Source of the DNA: Zygnema circumcarinatum SAG 698-1b
Taxonomy: Eukaryota > Plantae > Zygnematophyceae
Reading direction: 5' to 3'
Length of the DNA: 64,000 bases
Assembly (NCBI GenBank): GCA_037447605.1
Contig: CM074810.1
Location: 964,880-1,028,879, forward strand
Under the pieces are notes generated by a model. It saw nothing but the letters and a program-made list of their open reading frames with translations, was not told where the DNA came from and did no database searches. Shown one piece after another: positions 50,613 through 62,900 of this stretch (within the stretch, counting starts at the first letter, position 1; every line of letters starts with the position of its first letter). The position numbers and the translations under genes are program-made.

Positions 50613-52180
50613 TNNNNNNNNNNTTTTTTTTTTTTTTTTTTTTTTTTTTTTGCCTGCAGCATGCCTCCAGCTGAACAATGCAAAGGACCATGTTCCGAAG
50701 CCACCATCAGTGCGTCAATGGACTCACCCTAGTCATGGGTTGAGGTTCCATAATGCTATGGTAAGAAAAGAGTAGAAGCAGAGCAAGGAGCGGAGTTGAA
50801 TGATATAGAGCTGATGATGAGAAATTGGGCGACAAAAGTGCCCCTCAAATGAATCAACATCCTAACAAACCCTGGAAACCCGAATGACCTAAGAAAATGC
50901 AGACCAAACTATAGCACAAGTTAGTGATTCAAGAGAGGAATGGACTTCACCTGCTTTGCCAAATTTTCATCGGATATCTCCAAAACACGGGCAGCATCCA
51001 CCCACTCATCCCATCTGAAGCCCCCCCAGGGATCGCCCATGGAGTAAACAAACTGACATGCTCGCAAGGAAAATGCAAGTGGTCACTTCTAGATAGCTTA
51101 TCAAATACTTGGGCTTCACCACTAATTCTCCAATACTTACGGAAAGCTCAACACCTGCTACAGCAGCATGCATGATCTAGACCTTCCCCGTCATTTCAAC
51201 AATAGTCTCCCAAAACTCAAATTGTACTTGTAATTCGGCAAAAACTCCCTGTGTGAGGAACGTTGAAAACTCACTTCTTGCTCCAGCGCACATAATGCAC
51301 TAGGTATGAATCAGCCGCCCCATCTTTTCCTGGCTGGAATTCTAATATCTGTCATGCAAAGAGGAATTACTGTAGTTAGCCAGTAGCAAAACCAGAACAA
51401 ATAGTTGGACTATAGTCATGCGCATCACCATCTTTCCATCTTTCTCCTCCTCACATTTGTAAGAAGGCTATGAGTGCGATGTAGGAAGCGGAAATGATCA
51501 ATTATCATCATTTAAAAAGCCTACAGAGACGGCCTCTGAGAGGTGCTGTTCATTACCGGACCAAACGGCATTTAAGAAGCAGCGCCTAATCGCACAAGGG
51601 GAAACTCTGTTGGGATTCTCCCTTGAAATAACATCCTAATTTTTGCAATGTTGAAAGGAGTGTATAGAAACATTACTGGCAGGCTAAGTCTTTTCTGGAC
51701 AAAAGTGGTGGAATAACTATAGTACTCGCAAGCGCCTTTCATACACGATACTGGCAATCGAAACACGGCAAACTCCGGCATGTTCACCGGAGGATCCGAA
51801 CTCTCGACTAGGTTTATGTTTCATCAGGAAAATCATATCGAAACAAGTGCTCAGTGGGACAGCGGTCAGTGCTAAGAGAGTCAATATGTGAAATGTGAAA
51901 GCAAAACATTGTGCACGACGGCATTTCCTGCAAGTATCAACTACTACCGTGTCGTAAACCTTCCATCGCACTCAGAAAAATCGGAATTGAAATGTTATGC
52001 AGTTCAGAGTGGAGATTATATGGCACCTTCAAAGGTCAATGAGAAAACATGTTGGTCAGCAATAGAAAACCTAAACGTTTTGAATTATAAGTGGCTCACC
52101 TTGGCGTTGTAAATGAGAGGACCGTAAAGCACCAGCGCCCTGCTCCCCGGCAAAAGACAGCTCCCGGGCAACGCCGCCAT
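41950..52180 (-). CDS. Chromo-barrel (Tudor-knot) + RING + PHD + long disordered region + C-terminal SRI-like domain protein (RING-PHD part At4g10940-like)
   Basis: RING: [19 protein letters not shown]|[23 protein letters not shown]: [23 protein letters not shown]|[16 protein letters not shown]-terminus: [45 protein letters not shown]. Upstream exons 52180-52100, 51348-51275, 51014-50951 and 50497-50252 splice in phase. Confidence 0.85.
44925..45298 (-). repeat. (GAGAGG)n-type microsatellite apparently within the coding exon (EG/KG/RG/RE dipeptide runs)
   Basis: ORF 43867..46725 stays open across the tract, and no obvious splice sites flank it. Confidence 0.7.
50584..50650. other. Poly-T tract with a 10-N assembly gap (50614-50623) inside an intron
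   Basis: Directly visible. Confidence 0.98.
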
Positions 52181-52554
52181 GGAAGTGAAGACTTCTCCGT
52201 GAGCAGAACACCATGCATCAGCTTGCCATCAAAATCAATGGATAATTCAAGCAATACTTGAAATCCCTGAGCAGCTTCGCCTGCATCCTGTGCACGAACG
52301 CGGCAGCCATGGACGGCATCTCTTCCTCCCTCCTGCCATGACTATTGAAGCCTCGGAGGGAATATCGATCAGATCTCGATACACTATCATAATTTGTATC
52401 GGACTGTATATATCGCATCGGAATATGTTTATATAATCGATACTATAACGTATGGATTCGTATTGTAAAATATCGATTCGTATCGCATATATATTGGGTG
52501 CTGCTGTTTCGAGTGTACGGTGCCGATAATGTACGGACTGGCCCTCGGGTCAAT

Positions 52555-52937
52555 GCCACGTGACATTCGCTTACGTGGCACGCCTGCTCTTTCGCCAAGT
52601 GTCAACAACTGCAAAATTTACCAAAGAAGTAAATGTGTCTCGTGTCAAATTTTGCGTGGATGCGCCACGTTGGATCCTGCGGCAATTTTCGGCCGTTGGA
52701 TTTCCGCTAGCGGGATCCAAATGGCCACGTGGCAAGTACGGTCGTCCAAGTGCACTACAGTACAGTACTTTACATACAGTACGGTCAACATCAAGTGATG
52801 TCGACCGTGCCTATGCTGCCACGTGGTATAACAGATCTTTCAGGGGATGATGTATAACATTACTGTATTAACATACAGTACTGTACTCATACGGCATGAA
52901 GCCCTGGGTAGAGCTGTACGGCAGGCGTCCACGTGGC
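52555..52937. promoter_or_regulatory. G-box/ABRE cluster in the divergent intergenic region
   Basis: CACGTG at 52557, 52726 (palindrome GCCACGTGGC), 52820 and 52930, plus ACGTGGC at 52573. Function is inferred. Confidence 0.5.
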
Positions 52938-54059
52938 GTGTTGTACGGCCGCCTTGGCCTGCATGGTCTGAAGGAGAGGGAAGGGGCTGCAGGGACGTTT
53001 TCTTGAAGGTTCCAGTACTCTTTTTCTCCTCAATCGAATTTCCTCGCAAGTATTTGAGAAAAGTAGGTCTATCAGCGGGCAATATATCGTCAGGAAATTC
53101 TGCGGCTGCTGTTGTATTTTTTGGGGGAAAAAAAAAAACAGGGAGGGGAGGGGAGGAGAGAGTTTTCGCAGGACCCTGTCGAGGTTTTCTTTTAATTCAA
53201 GTGAGTGATTGGAAATGAGTTGATTATCGCATGTCCAGGGAATCAGAAGCAGAATTATTTTCCTGATGACGCAGATGATGGCAATTGGCATTCGTTGGAC
53301 TGAAGACGGCGAAATAGATGTGAAACACGGCTCTGTTTGGTGGAATGAGACGGGAAGCTGCAAAAACTCTCTGCATGATGCAATTTTGATGTATTTTTCA
53401 CAATTGAGTCACACTTGGAATTGTGTTTTTATATGTTTCGTGGTTTACACGAGATCCTACCTTTCTGCAAATAACGAGCCGTCCTTCTCTGGATAGATAG
53501 ATGGCCTGACTCATGTGTATGATTGGATGCGTTGTACATCAGGGGCCGGCAGGGCCCAAGGCAAGCGGCCGTTTCAATTTAATTTCATTCTCCTGCACGC
53601 CCTTCATCCAGAACCTTCTAATTTGTAGCTGAGACCCTCTGCACTAAACAGAGTCATAGAAACTGGCCCTGGCCCAATGGCCCTGTGTGTGCGTGAGGCG
53701 ACCCGGACTTCCCCGGACCCGGACTTCTTGATTTTATTTCTTGCGTGATAAAACCACTTGAAACTCCTGACCAAGTAGCTCCTTTAATGCGGGAAGGAGG
53801 GTAAAAACTCAAAAGTGAAGTTCTGACGCATTGGACGCCTCTAGGCTGACAGTGTCGTAACCAACGTATCGACTCTTAACGTTTGACTCGGGAGATGGAT
53901 CAGATGGATCTGCAATTCTATTTCTGTGCCACCAAAGTTCTTATTTGTGTGTGTGTACAGCACGTTCGATGACACTGTTCAGACTTGGCAATACATGAAC
54001 AGTGACATGTACTTCTCTTGCGTAACGGAGATTGGAGGCGTATCCGTGGTTGCAGGGTA

Positions 54060-55069
54060 ATGGCGACGCTTCCGTGGATTGCTTGCGGAGCTTTGGTCGC
54101 TTTTGAGAGCGCGCTTCTTTTATTGCTGACAATTCCCAGCTACTACGTTGTGCGCGCCAAAACAATTCCCATCTTTCGGCAATTGATGCGACCGTTGCTG
54201 GCCATCGTCCCCTTTGGCTTATTCCAGCTTATTGGTACGCTTTGCTTTTTAACTTTTGTGTTTTCGTAAACGTTAACTTCTCGCCTTTTTCAGAAGGCAT
54301 GCGAGTGATGGCTCAGGCAGCATGTCTCGCCACAATGTTTAAGATAACTCTTCGTCATCTAACGATGCTCCACAGAAGAGCGCGTCAAATGTACAGCATT
54401 GCTGAGTTTAAGCTAGTGTTTGTTTGTCTGATGTTCCGCAATTGCAGACGTGTATTGGAAGTATGAGCACCGCATGTCATGTGAAGGCCGTCTTTGCAGT
54501 CCAGGAGAGCGAGACCGATTTGAAAAATCGGTAAGTGGACAATTGTGCAATTCCTTTTTGTTGCTACTTGATAATTGGTCATATTTCCAAAAGGATTAAT
54601 GTCTAGTCTCGTGTGGCCAATAATTGGTACCTGTTTGATAGGTAATTGACACTCTTAGCGAAACAGGACATCAGTGGGAGGCTCCCGGGATCTTTCCATC
54701 TCAATATTTTATTTTATGTGAGAGTGCAGGCAATAAAAAATCAGAGGAATTTTCTTCTCGCTATTGGGAGCTTGCTCCTGTATTGGTGAGCACACACTGC
54801 GATTTTATTCCCTGTTCAGTAGCAAAGAAAGAAACTGCCAACTCTACGTTCGCTTCTCCTGGTTTACATATCATGCTGAAGCCTTTCCATCCTGCAACAC
54901 ACTTCTTGCCGTTTGAGTAAAGCAAGCGTACATGTGGCTAAGCGAACAGATAGAAGAAGAAGGGACTGACTGCCTATCACTGTCTGGCAGGCTCATGTAC
55001 CGTTTCGTGGCTGTTCACACGCATGTTCTGCGAATGGAAGAAGAGATCAAGAAATTGAAATCCGAGTAA
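54060..55069 (+). CDS. Small B-cell receptor-associated protein 31 (BAP29/31)-like ER membrane protein (At5g17190-like)
   Basis: Four exons: MATLPWIACGALVAFESALLLLLTIP..RPLLAIVPFGLFQLI|DVYWKYEHRMSCEGRLCSPGERDRFEKS|AIKNQRNFLLAIGSLLLYW|LMYRFVAV..EIKKLKSE*. Confidence 0.88.
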
Positions 55070-55689
55070 TGATTGGAGCATGCTATGCCTTATCAGCTGT
55101 ATCAAGGAGCTTCAAGAGGTTGAACATCGTGTCTCAAATATATTCCCATTACATGTTGGTCACACTCTCACAAGTCTTTTTTCTTCCCATCTTTACCTAG
55201 AAGAAAAGCTTCATTGTACACATGGGGTTTTTGTCCGTTCACTGCTTCGCAAAAAACATGTACAAAGATAGGCAAGAGTCCACCGTTCACCATTAATATC
55301 TGCTGTTTTAGAAATGAGACAAGGATTTCTAGAAAGCATAAACTGATGAGAATGGAAGTACAAACTTTGCACTAAAGCTTCAAATGCCTAACGTGCCATG
55401 CGGCCGCTTCAAGTGTTATTTACATGGCGGCAGTGATACGTACATGGTGGCGGCACTTGCTTGAGTTGACATTTCGCAATATGCCTAAATTATTTGCTGA
55501 TGAATGGTATAACGAAGCTGTGCACCTACGGCCATAGGGCCTCGCCATGAGTCAGTCGTAAACCCTTGGCAAGAGCTCAAGGCCATTGCTATACCATCTA
55601 CCCTCCTGTGTCTCTCAGACCTAAAGTCAACGTGGAGACGTGTGCAGCACCCTAATCAACGGTTCTATATGACATCACCCCCAGCCCTA

Positions 55690-55865
55690 TGTACAGCCGA
55701 GCTAGACCCTAAGTGCTATACCCAATGGCCGAAACAGACCCTCAGTCCCATAGTGTGCACTCGAAGCAGACCCTCTGTACCATTGTTCACGGCCGAAGAC
55801 CCCTTGGTTCCATAGTCTACAGCCGAATCAGATCTTCATCCCGTGGTCTACAGCCGAAGCAGGCA
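55690..55865. repeat. Degenerate ~31-bp tandem repeat (about 6 copies) just downstream of the F-box/kelch stop codon
   Basis: The core (CA)GCCGAAnCAGACCCT..CCATAGT recurs at 55697, 55729, 55761, 55793, 55823 and 55854. Confidence 0.75.
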
Positions 55866-58519
55866 GCCCGAGTCGATATACCGATCTGAAATGTTGTCAG
55901 GGCGTTGCAGGATCGACCATGTCACAGCGCCTCCTCTGCTGCTAAGGTTGGTGACATGACCAACTGCTGCCACCAAGCCATCGCCCACAACATAGACATC
56001 GTTGCTGACGGCGACGACCACAAAAGTCTGAGAAATCTCGCTTGGCACGGGAGGCCCAGTCAGGCCGTGCCATGTGTCAGCCTTGGCATCATATACTTCC
56101 AGCCTGCACACTCCAATTCGCTCAACAAGCATCAAACTGCAGCAGTAGCAACTCAAAGGCCGCGTATTTCAAAGGCATTCAATGGGTCGTCTCTGCATAT
56201 CACTACCACTAGCCTGACAAAAGCCATGACAAACGACCAAAGGATGCCTTATAAGATCTACCACCATTCGACATTTCTTGGGTCTTTTCTGCTATTTGAT
56301 AGTCAAGGTCGATGCAAATTTGACAATTCTGAGTTTCAAAGTGGAAGTCGACGGAAACTCACGACCAAGCGAGACAAGGCAAGGACCAATGAGTTTCTGA
56401 CGAGTGTACGGGACTTCGACCGTAGCTTACCGGTACACACAGGCATTCTGATGTGCTGCTATGAGGAGGAAACTCCCAATTGTACAGGAAGGGCCCGTCC
56501 AACCTTCACTCATGCCCAACGGCATTACATCCCAGTGATCGTTCACCGGATCGTACACAAAGCCCCTTGGAGAAAAATGGAAAGGCCAGTGCCACCCTGC
56601 GAAGAGCAGAAGACACCGTTGATCAATCAGGAAAAAACTATGGAGTTCACTGCATGTTACATTGGCTGACAGTGATTTCTTATAAATTGGCAGTTAGATT
56701 CATTGCCTTGAAAACGACTATGTAGCTCAGCATCTTTCCCCTTACCGCAGCTCACATGTAATGGCTATAATGCTACAGTCCCAAAACTGTAAAAGAAAAC
56801 ACGTGCAAGTACTGCAGAAAAAAAATTCCAACCTTCTGTTACATACAGACGTCCATTCAGTACCGCCGAATCATAGCGCGCCATATCCGACGCCAAGGGG
56901 GCTACAAAGCGCCATTCTTCGCTGTGTGCTGTCTCCTCACTCACGCACATGTCTTGGCCAGCCGTACCCTCTCTTAAATTGCATGGCTGACTCCCATCAG
57001 GCAGCAGTGGCCTGCATACCTCTACAGAGCGTAGCTCACAGAGCCGATTTCCATTGCCTCCCGCCACGAAAAGCGCACCATTCACAGCCTTTACCGCTGC
57101 GTTCCCACGAGCCGTCCTGAGAGGTGCCATCTTTTCCCATATGCCGCGTCGGGGATTGTACCTGCAACAATGACCTTGACAGACAGTGGTTTTAATCAGT
57201 CTCTGCCAGGAATCACCAAGCCTATGTTCTCACCTACACAGGAGTACAGCAGGCATTGCTTTTTGAGGCTGCTGTGGCCAATTTCAAATGGCCAACACGA
57301 CTGGTCAAATTCTCTTTCCAAGAGTGGCAGCATGGTGAGAACAACTGACCGGTGCACCTGCCCTATGGGCTTCTCAAAGTCAGTGGTCATTCCCCCCACC
57401 ACGTACAGACAGCCATCAAGGGTCGCACTTCCAACCCCCAAAAGCCGGCCAGGAGAGTCAGGAATTGAAGGCACAGCTTGCCATGCGCCACTTCGGATGT
57501 CAAGGGCTTGCCACCACTGCTGGGAGCTGCCTCTGCTCACTGTCCGTACATACAGCCAAACCTCTGTACAGCCATGTTTTACTCTCTCGTCGTACAGCTC
57601 AGAGCCAGAAAAGGCCATTTGCCACTTCTTGCAAACTTGCCTGCACGAGGAACACGTGTAGAAGGCACTAGTAAGGAACGAGAAAACTGAGAGATGTCAT
57701 GGTTAGTTAAGAGGAAGGGCAAATTTAGATTCATTACTAGCTGACTACAAGCACTTAGTAAAGAGCAGCATTCCACTTCCGAGTGCGATTTGACAGAAGC
57801 AATTAAAGACAAGCCAATAGTTTGTGAAGCAACACTTTTTCCCGCAGTGTCCTGATCTCGCGTTCACGTTGGTCACACCAAACACCATTTCCAAAAAAAG
57901 TTGACTTGTGTCCAAACGACTGACGACAATACGGCAATAAGTCAACAAATCATCTTCGCAAGGCGACAATTTTCAGGCGCTGACACACCTTGAATTCATT
58001 CATGGCTGCAATGAGTCATAAAGTTGGGTTTGCAAACGATCTGCTTCTAAAAGGGGAGAACACTTCATGAACTCATAGAATTACATCCACCTAAACGTTT
58101 CGATGGTTCAGTTTCCAATGAACTGAATTCACAGTTCAGAAATATTCACCCTTCTCTGGAAACTGTTCCAAACTCTCTCGCCGAATCACAACCCTTCCCC
58201 AAGCCAGCGCCACCTGTCCCGGTCAAATGATCAAACTTATCCAATTTCTTATCCAAAAATCCGGATTTCAACATCAATTTTTTAGTCCTCACCTGCATGA
58301 GGGATGCGCCACCCTTGGCACTCTGACAAGGCAGAGAAACGCAATCTCATCTGGAAGGCCCGGAATTAGGTCCCGCCATTGATCCCACTCCAGCTGCACT
58401 TCACACGATTGTGCGTGAGCGGCCATGGAAAGCCCGTCCCGTTGCCGCCTTTCCTCTCTCCCAACCACGGCACCAAATTCTTCTAAACTTCCCTCCACTG
58501 CACGGCTATTGGACGCCAT
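55848..58519 (-). CDS. F-box/kelch-repeat protein (At1g30090/AFR-like)
   Basis: F-box LIPGLPDEIAFLCLVRVP. Kelch repeats WQALDIRSGAWQAVP, LYVVGGM, LFVAGGNG..ELRSVEV, MARYDSAVLNGRLYVTEGW and LEVYDAKADTW. Confidence 0.9.
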
Positions 58520-59004
58520 GGCGTCAAGCTGCCAAGTGGACGAAGGCGGGGAGGAGACCGCCCCGAGCTTGGTCACAGGTGGGTACCGCGAGAGAGGCCG
58601 AGGAGCTGCAACGTGTAGCATTGCTTCTCCGCCTTTCTAGGAGGGACGGCGAGAGAGAAAGTGGCGAGAGGGAGGGAGGGAGAGAGGGAGAGGGAGTGAG
58701 GAGTGAGGACATACACCCACGCGGTTTCCAGACTTGCAGGAGCGCAACGAGTCTGGGGAAGCTTCGGTCAAAGGCACGCCTTTCAAAACCAATCAAAGCA
58801 TGCCATGTGAGCATATGTCGAACGTGGCAGAATCTGATTGGTCCTTTCCCGTTTTCTAAGCCCTCGTTCAAACTTCCCACTCTCTCTCAAGGCTTCGCGT
58901 GTGAACACGACAACGACCCGTCAGCGCAGGTCCCGGCGCCAGGTGGCAGCCTGCCTGCTTTAGGGCGAGTTTGCGGCCAGGAAAGGGCGGGTCGCCCTCC
59001 GCGC

Positions 59005-59120
59005 GCCACGTGGCATGCACATGCAGCTTGCTGTTGATTCGTACAACGCTTCCATGTGTCACGTGGCATGGACACGCAGGTCGCTGTTGTGTCGCACAAC
59101 GTTTCCATGCATCACGTGTC
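59005..59120. promoter_or_regulatory. ABRE/G-box + RY (CATGCA) module upstream of the F-box/kelch gene, partly a ~53-bp tandem duplication
   Basis: GCCACGTGGC at 59005 followed directly by two CATGCA, CACGTGGC at 59060, and CATGCA + CACGTGTC at 59106-59120. Confidence 0.5.
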
Positions 59121-59951
59121 TCGACCGGACTGGAGCAGGACTGCAGCTGTTGAGAGATACGGGCCTGTCAGCAGTTCAGTTCTGTGGAACTATTGAATTA
59201 CACACAGATCGCACGCTGCACGCGATCGATCGCTTCTTATTTCCTGTATTTATCAACAAGGAACGTGGCTCCCATACGTGTGAGTGTGGCGTCACCACGC
59301 GTCAGCATCCTGTCGGCCGAATGGACTGGTGTGTGCATGGCCGGACGCCATTGAAGGGTTGTTGGAGGGTCCTCGACTACCGTAAAGTTCGCAGAGAATG
59401 AAGGCCCTAATTGTCTTCCGCTTTCTCTTACGGTTGTGGGTGCAGCCGATTTCCTGTTGGGGCATTTTCAGGACCACATTATTCCCGAGCTCATAGAGGA
59501 GCTAGACATGTATACAAGGCGCATGCAAATGCATTTGCTTTCACTGATGATTTTGCGGAGGAGCTACAAATGTGGGGTCTGACACCCCATGCCTACTGCT
59601 CCTCCAGCCATTGAGGGACTGCCCTCTGCAATTTCAGTTCCTCTAGCGTTTCTACGTTTTTTATATTCACTCTGCAAAATAAGGCACACTGAACTGATCT
59701 GAGATCGGGACTGCATAGGGCAGTCCTTCAAAAGCTGCAATTACAGCACACTATTGTGACACCCCGCAGGGTTATCCTCCACTTATGGACCCCTTCCATG
59801 GCTTGAGGAATGAATACAGAAAAAGGAATCACTACAGCTGGGAACAAGGCAGACATTACCCCCTCATCAATACTGAACACACAAGGAACGATATAGCAAT
59901 CAGACTAAAATTCTAACTGCCTCCCTAATGACTGCCAAACGAAAGAAAGTC

Positions 59952-62900
59952 TCATGAACTGAAAAGGGAGGTCAAAGTGGGCAGTGAGCCGCTTAGTGAG
60001 CGTCCGAGAATGAACCATGTGGTGGTGAGAAGGGCTCCAAGCGTCGTATGAACAAAGGAGCGGTCCAAAACAAATCCGTACACCGAAATGCCTGCTGTTG
60101 TGTTTGCCAAATAATTTACTGCAACCGCCCTCCACAAAACCTCCAAGCAGTCATTGTCAAATTCTTTCGTAAAGCGGCTGCACGGTGGCTCTACAACACA
60201 GCCTATCACGTACTTCTACCAACTTTATTCTATGGCCTACAATTCTCATCATAGTGTTAACAGCAGATTTGGTAAATGTCGATTGGACAATTCAAAGGCA
60301 AGTTTGGGAAGATGCGGCCGACCTCTACAGAATATGTCTGCCTGCTTCACTCACCAAGTGCAGCGCGTTGCATCCACGATTCTTGCCGTTGACAAAAAGA
60401 CTGTAGAGCAGTGTTTGGGTTCCGGTCAGCCCCACTCCCTACTCGTGGAGAGCTGCAGGCGAGAGCTGCTTCATAAGTTTGTTGAGCGTGCATAGTGCAC
60501 GCAACTTTCACTATTCGGCGATGGAGATGGGCAATCTTGGAGGCAGATTTCAAGCAAAGACCAGCTCCCATGAGCGCAACCCAATTTGCCACCTGGCAGG
60601 ACAGAATAGACGGGCTCTTGCATAAGGTCAGCTCATTCTGATCCCAGGACCATTCAGACACAGAACACAACCGTCTGAAATGAAGTTGGCTACAAAAGAA
60701 AGTAGATTTTCCTTTCCCTCCAACTCGTCCACTTCCTCCATCCGCGTCTTCCCCCCTACCCCTTCCCCCTTACTTTTCTCTCTCCCTTACCCCTTCCGTC
60801 GTCCCTTTCCACTTCCACTCCCCCTTTGCCCGCACCTCGTCCCATTTCTATCTCCTTCCCCGATATAATTGACATATGAAGAAACTTACGAGGACTTCGT
60901 AGAATCATCTCATCACTATGGAATAGATACATTAAGGGTCCCGTAAATTGTTTTCAGGACGGATCGTTATCTACTTCAGGGCACGCCCAAGCCAATAACC
61001 AGAAACTTTCAACCTTCAGCAACTAATACTTTCAATGACGACCATCCCACTCAGCTTCACCTTCAACCCATTCACCATGAGTGCGGTACAACTTACCGCC
61101 ACATTGCCAGAGTTAAAGAAGTTCAAAAGGCCATCGCGGTACAGCACCATTTGATACATGGATGCAAGCGCGCCAAATACGGTAATTCCTCCTGTCAAAG
61201 CAAGAAACAAGCGGAACCTGTGACTGATGATGGAGAGCCCAGCGATGATTCGAGAATACTCTCGAAAACAGAAAGCGGGGTCCACACATTTGCGTACGAC
61301 CTCTCGATAGCTGTTCATTTTCAGCTCCTGGTCATGACCCAGAAAGGATGGGAGAGAAGTGTCAGAGCAGGAAGTCGACTAACTCCCACTCGGGCAGGTC
61401 TGCTGATAAAGACAGTAGTTTGGTGCAAAAACGAACAGTGTTTGTTGACTTGCAAAACAAATTTCATTCCAGTCTCAGTAGTAGACAGTATCGTAAACAT
61501 ACAGAAATTATTGGAGGGACTGGCCAACCTATGAAACCAGGACTATTGCTTTCCATTGTTTTGTCCATTGTCCTCAAAATGAAAGACAGGAACCTCGTTA
61601 GGAGATAGAATACTCTATGGCACAAAGCTACTTAGTCAAAACACCCCCCTTAAGATTTTCCATAGTCAATAGAGTCCCTTGAGCATTTGTTGAGCTCACC
61701 CAACAGCTTTACTTACAGGAACAAAACCAACCAGAGAAACGGACCTGAAGTGTGCAGACTTTCCAAAATATAACACAAACAAATAGATATGTCGTAGTCT
61801 CAAAAATCCATGAAGCTGAGGTGAGAACAACTATGGTGCCCACTTCAAGAAACCGATATCCGACCGGCAGCTCGAATGGTAGAATCTTAAGAGGGATCTC
61901 CCAGAATAGCCAGATTGTCTGTGCCTCATGGAGGACAAAGGCCGGAAAAAATACCCGCAGGAGCAGAGACCACGCTTGCTGCTCATGGCAAAAGGAAGCA
62001 AAGTACAAAACGAATGAGGTGAACGAGGGAGGGGGATACTATAGCTCTACTCATTTGCAGGCATATGAAGACAATCCAGGTTCAAGATATCACTTTAAAT
62101 GGATATCAAACCAATTGGATCATCCTTCATTCTTCGAAAAAAAATCCTGAACCTACTGTCCCAATGCAACTTCAATTTTGAATGCAACAAAAATAATTTA
62201 CGTGAAGTATTAAGTTCTTGGCTAGGAAAGTATCGGAACATCGAAAATCATCATGCAATCATAAGTAATACTAGTTATGACAGCGTGAAGACTTGCACTT
62301 CAATCAACTTGCACCTACAATCTTAACAAGCCACAATCCTCCTTTTGGTTCAGTGCATCAAATACTAATAAAAGGAAAATTTGAGTGTTTGGTCACAATT
62401 CTCAAAAAGCGAAGACATTCTTTACCTTGAGACACTTTTCATATTCCTCTTGAACTTCAAAAGTCTCCTCCGCTGCTACATCTAAAAAAAGTACACCGCG
62501 AAGGCCGTGTTGGCGCACATTGGAGTGGATGAAGAGAAAGGCCACTGCTGCTAAGGAGGACTGAATGGACATAACAAGCAGGCGGAAAGGCAGCTGCAAT
62601 TCCATCCAGAAAAACCTGCCCCTTGCTCAGAGACTAGAAGCCCAGCTTTCAGTCAAAACTGTTCAACCACACACAGCTGATGCAAAACGAACTGCAAATG
62701 CAAGCAATGATGTTCTAATAGAGAAATTGGCCTTCTAAACAAATCGGCTCTTCACAATAACGGAAGAAAACGTGCACTTGCCTGCTGCCCTGACTCAGTA
62801 TTCTTGGGCTCTAAGCAGAGGTATATGAGCAGGGGTGCCAAGCCAATTAGCACCAGGCCGGTTCCCCACGACACTACCACACCGAAGCTCCTTGAAGCAT

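Noticed and set aside
50123-50775. ORFs containing poly-Phe or poly-Lys
   Set aside because: They cross a poly-T tract with an N gap inside an intron.
55690-55865. CRISPR-like periodicity
   Set aside because: The units are contiguous and diverged, with no constant repeat plus unique spacers. The context is eukaryotic and there are no cas genes.
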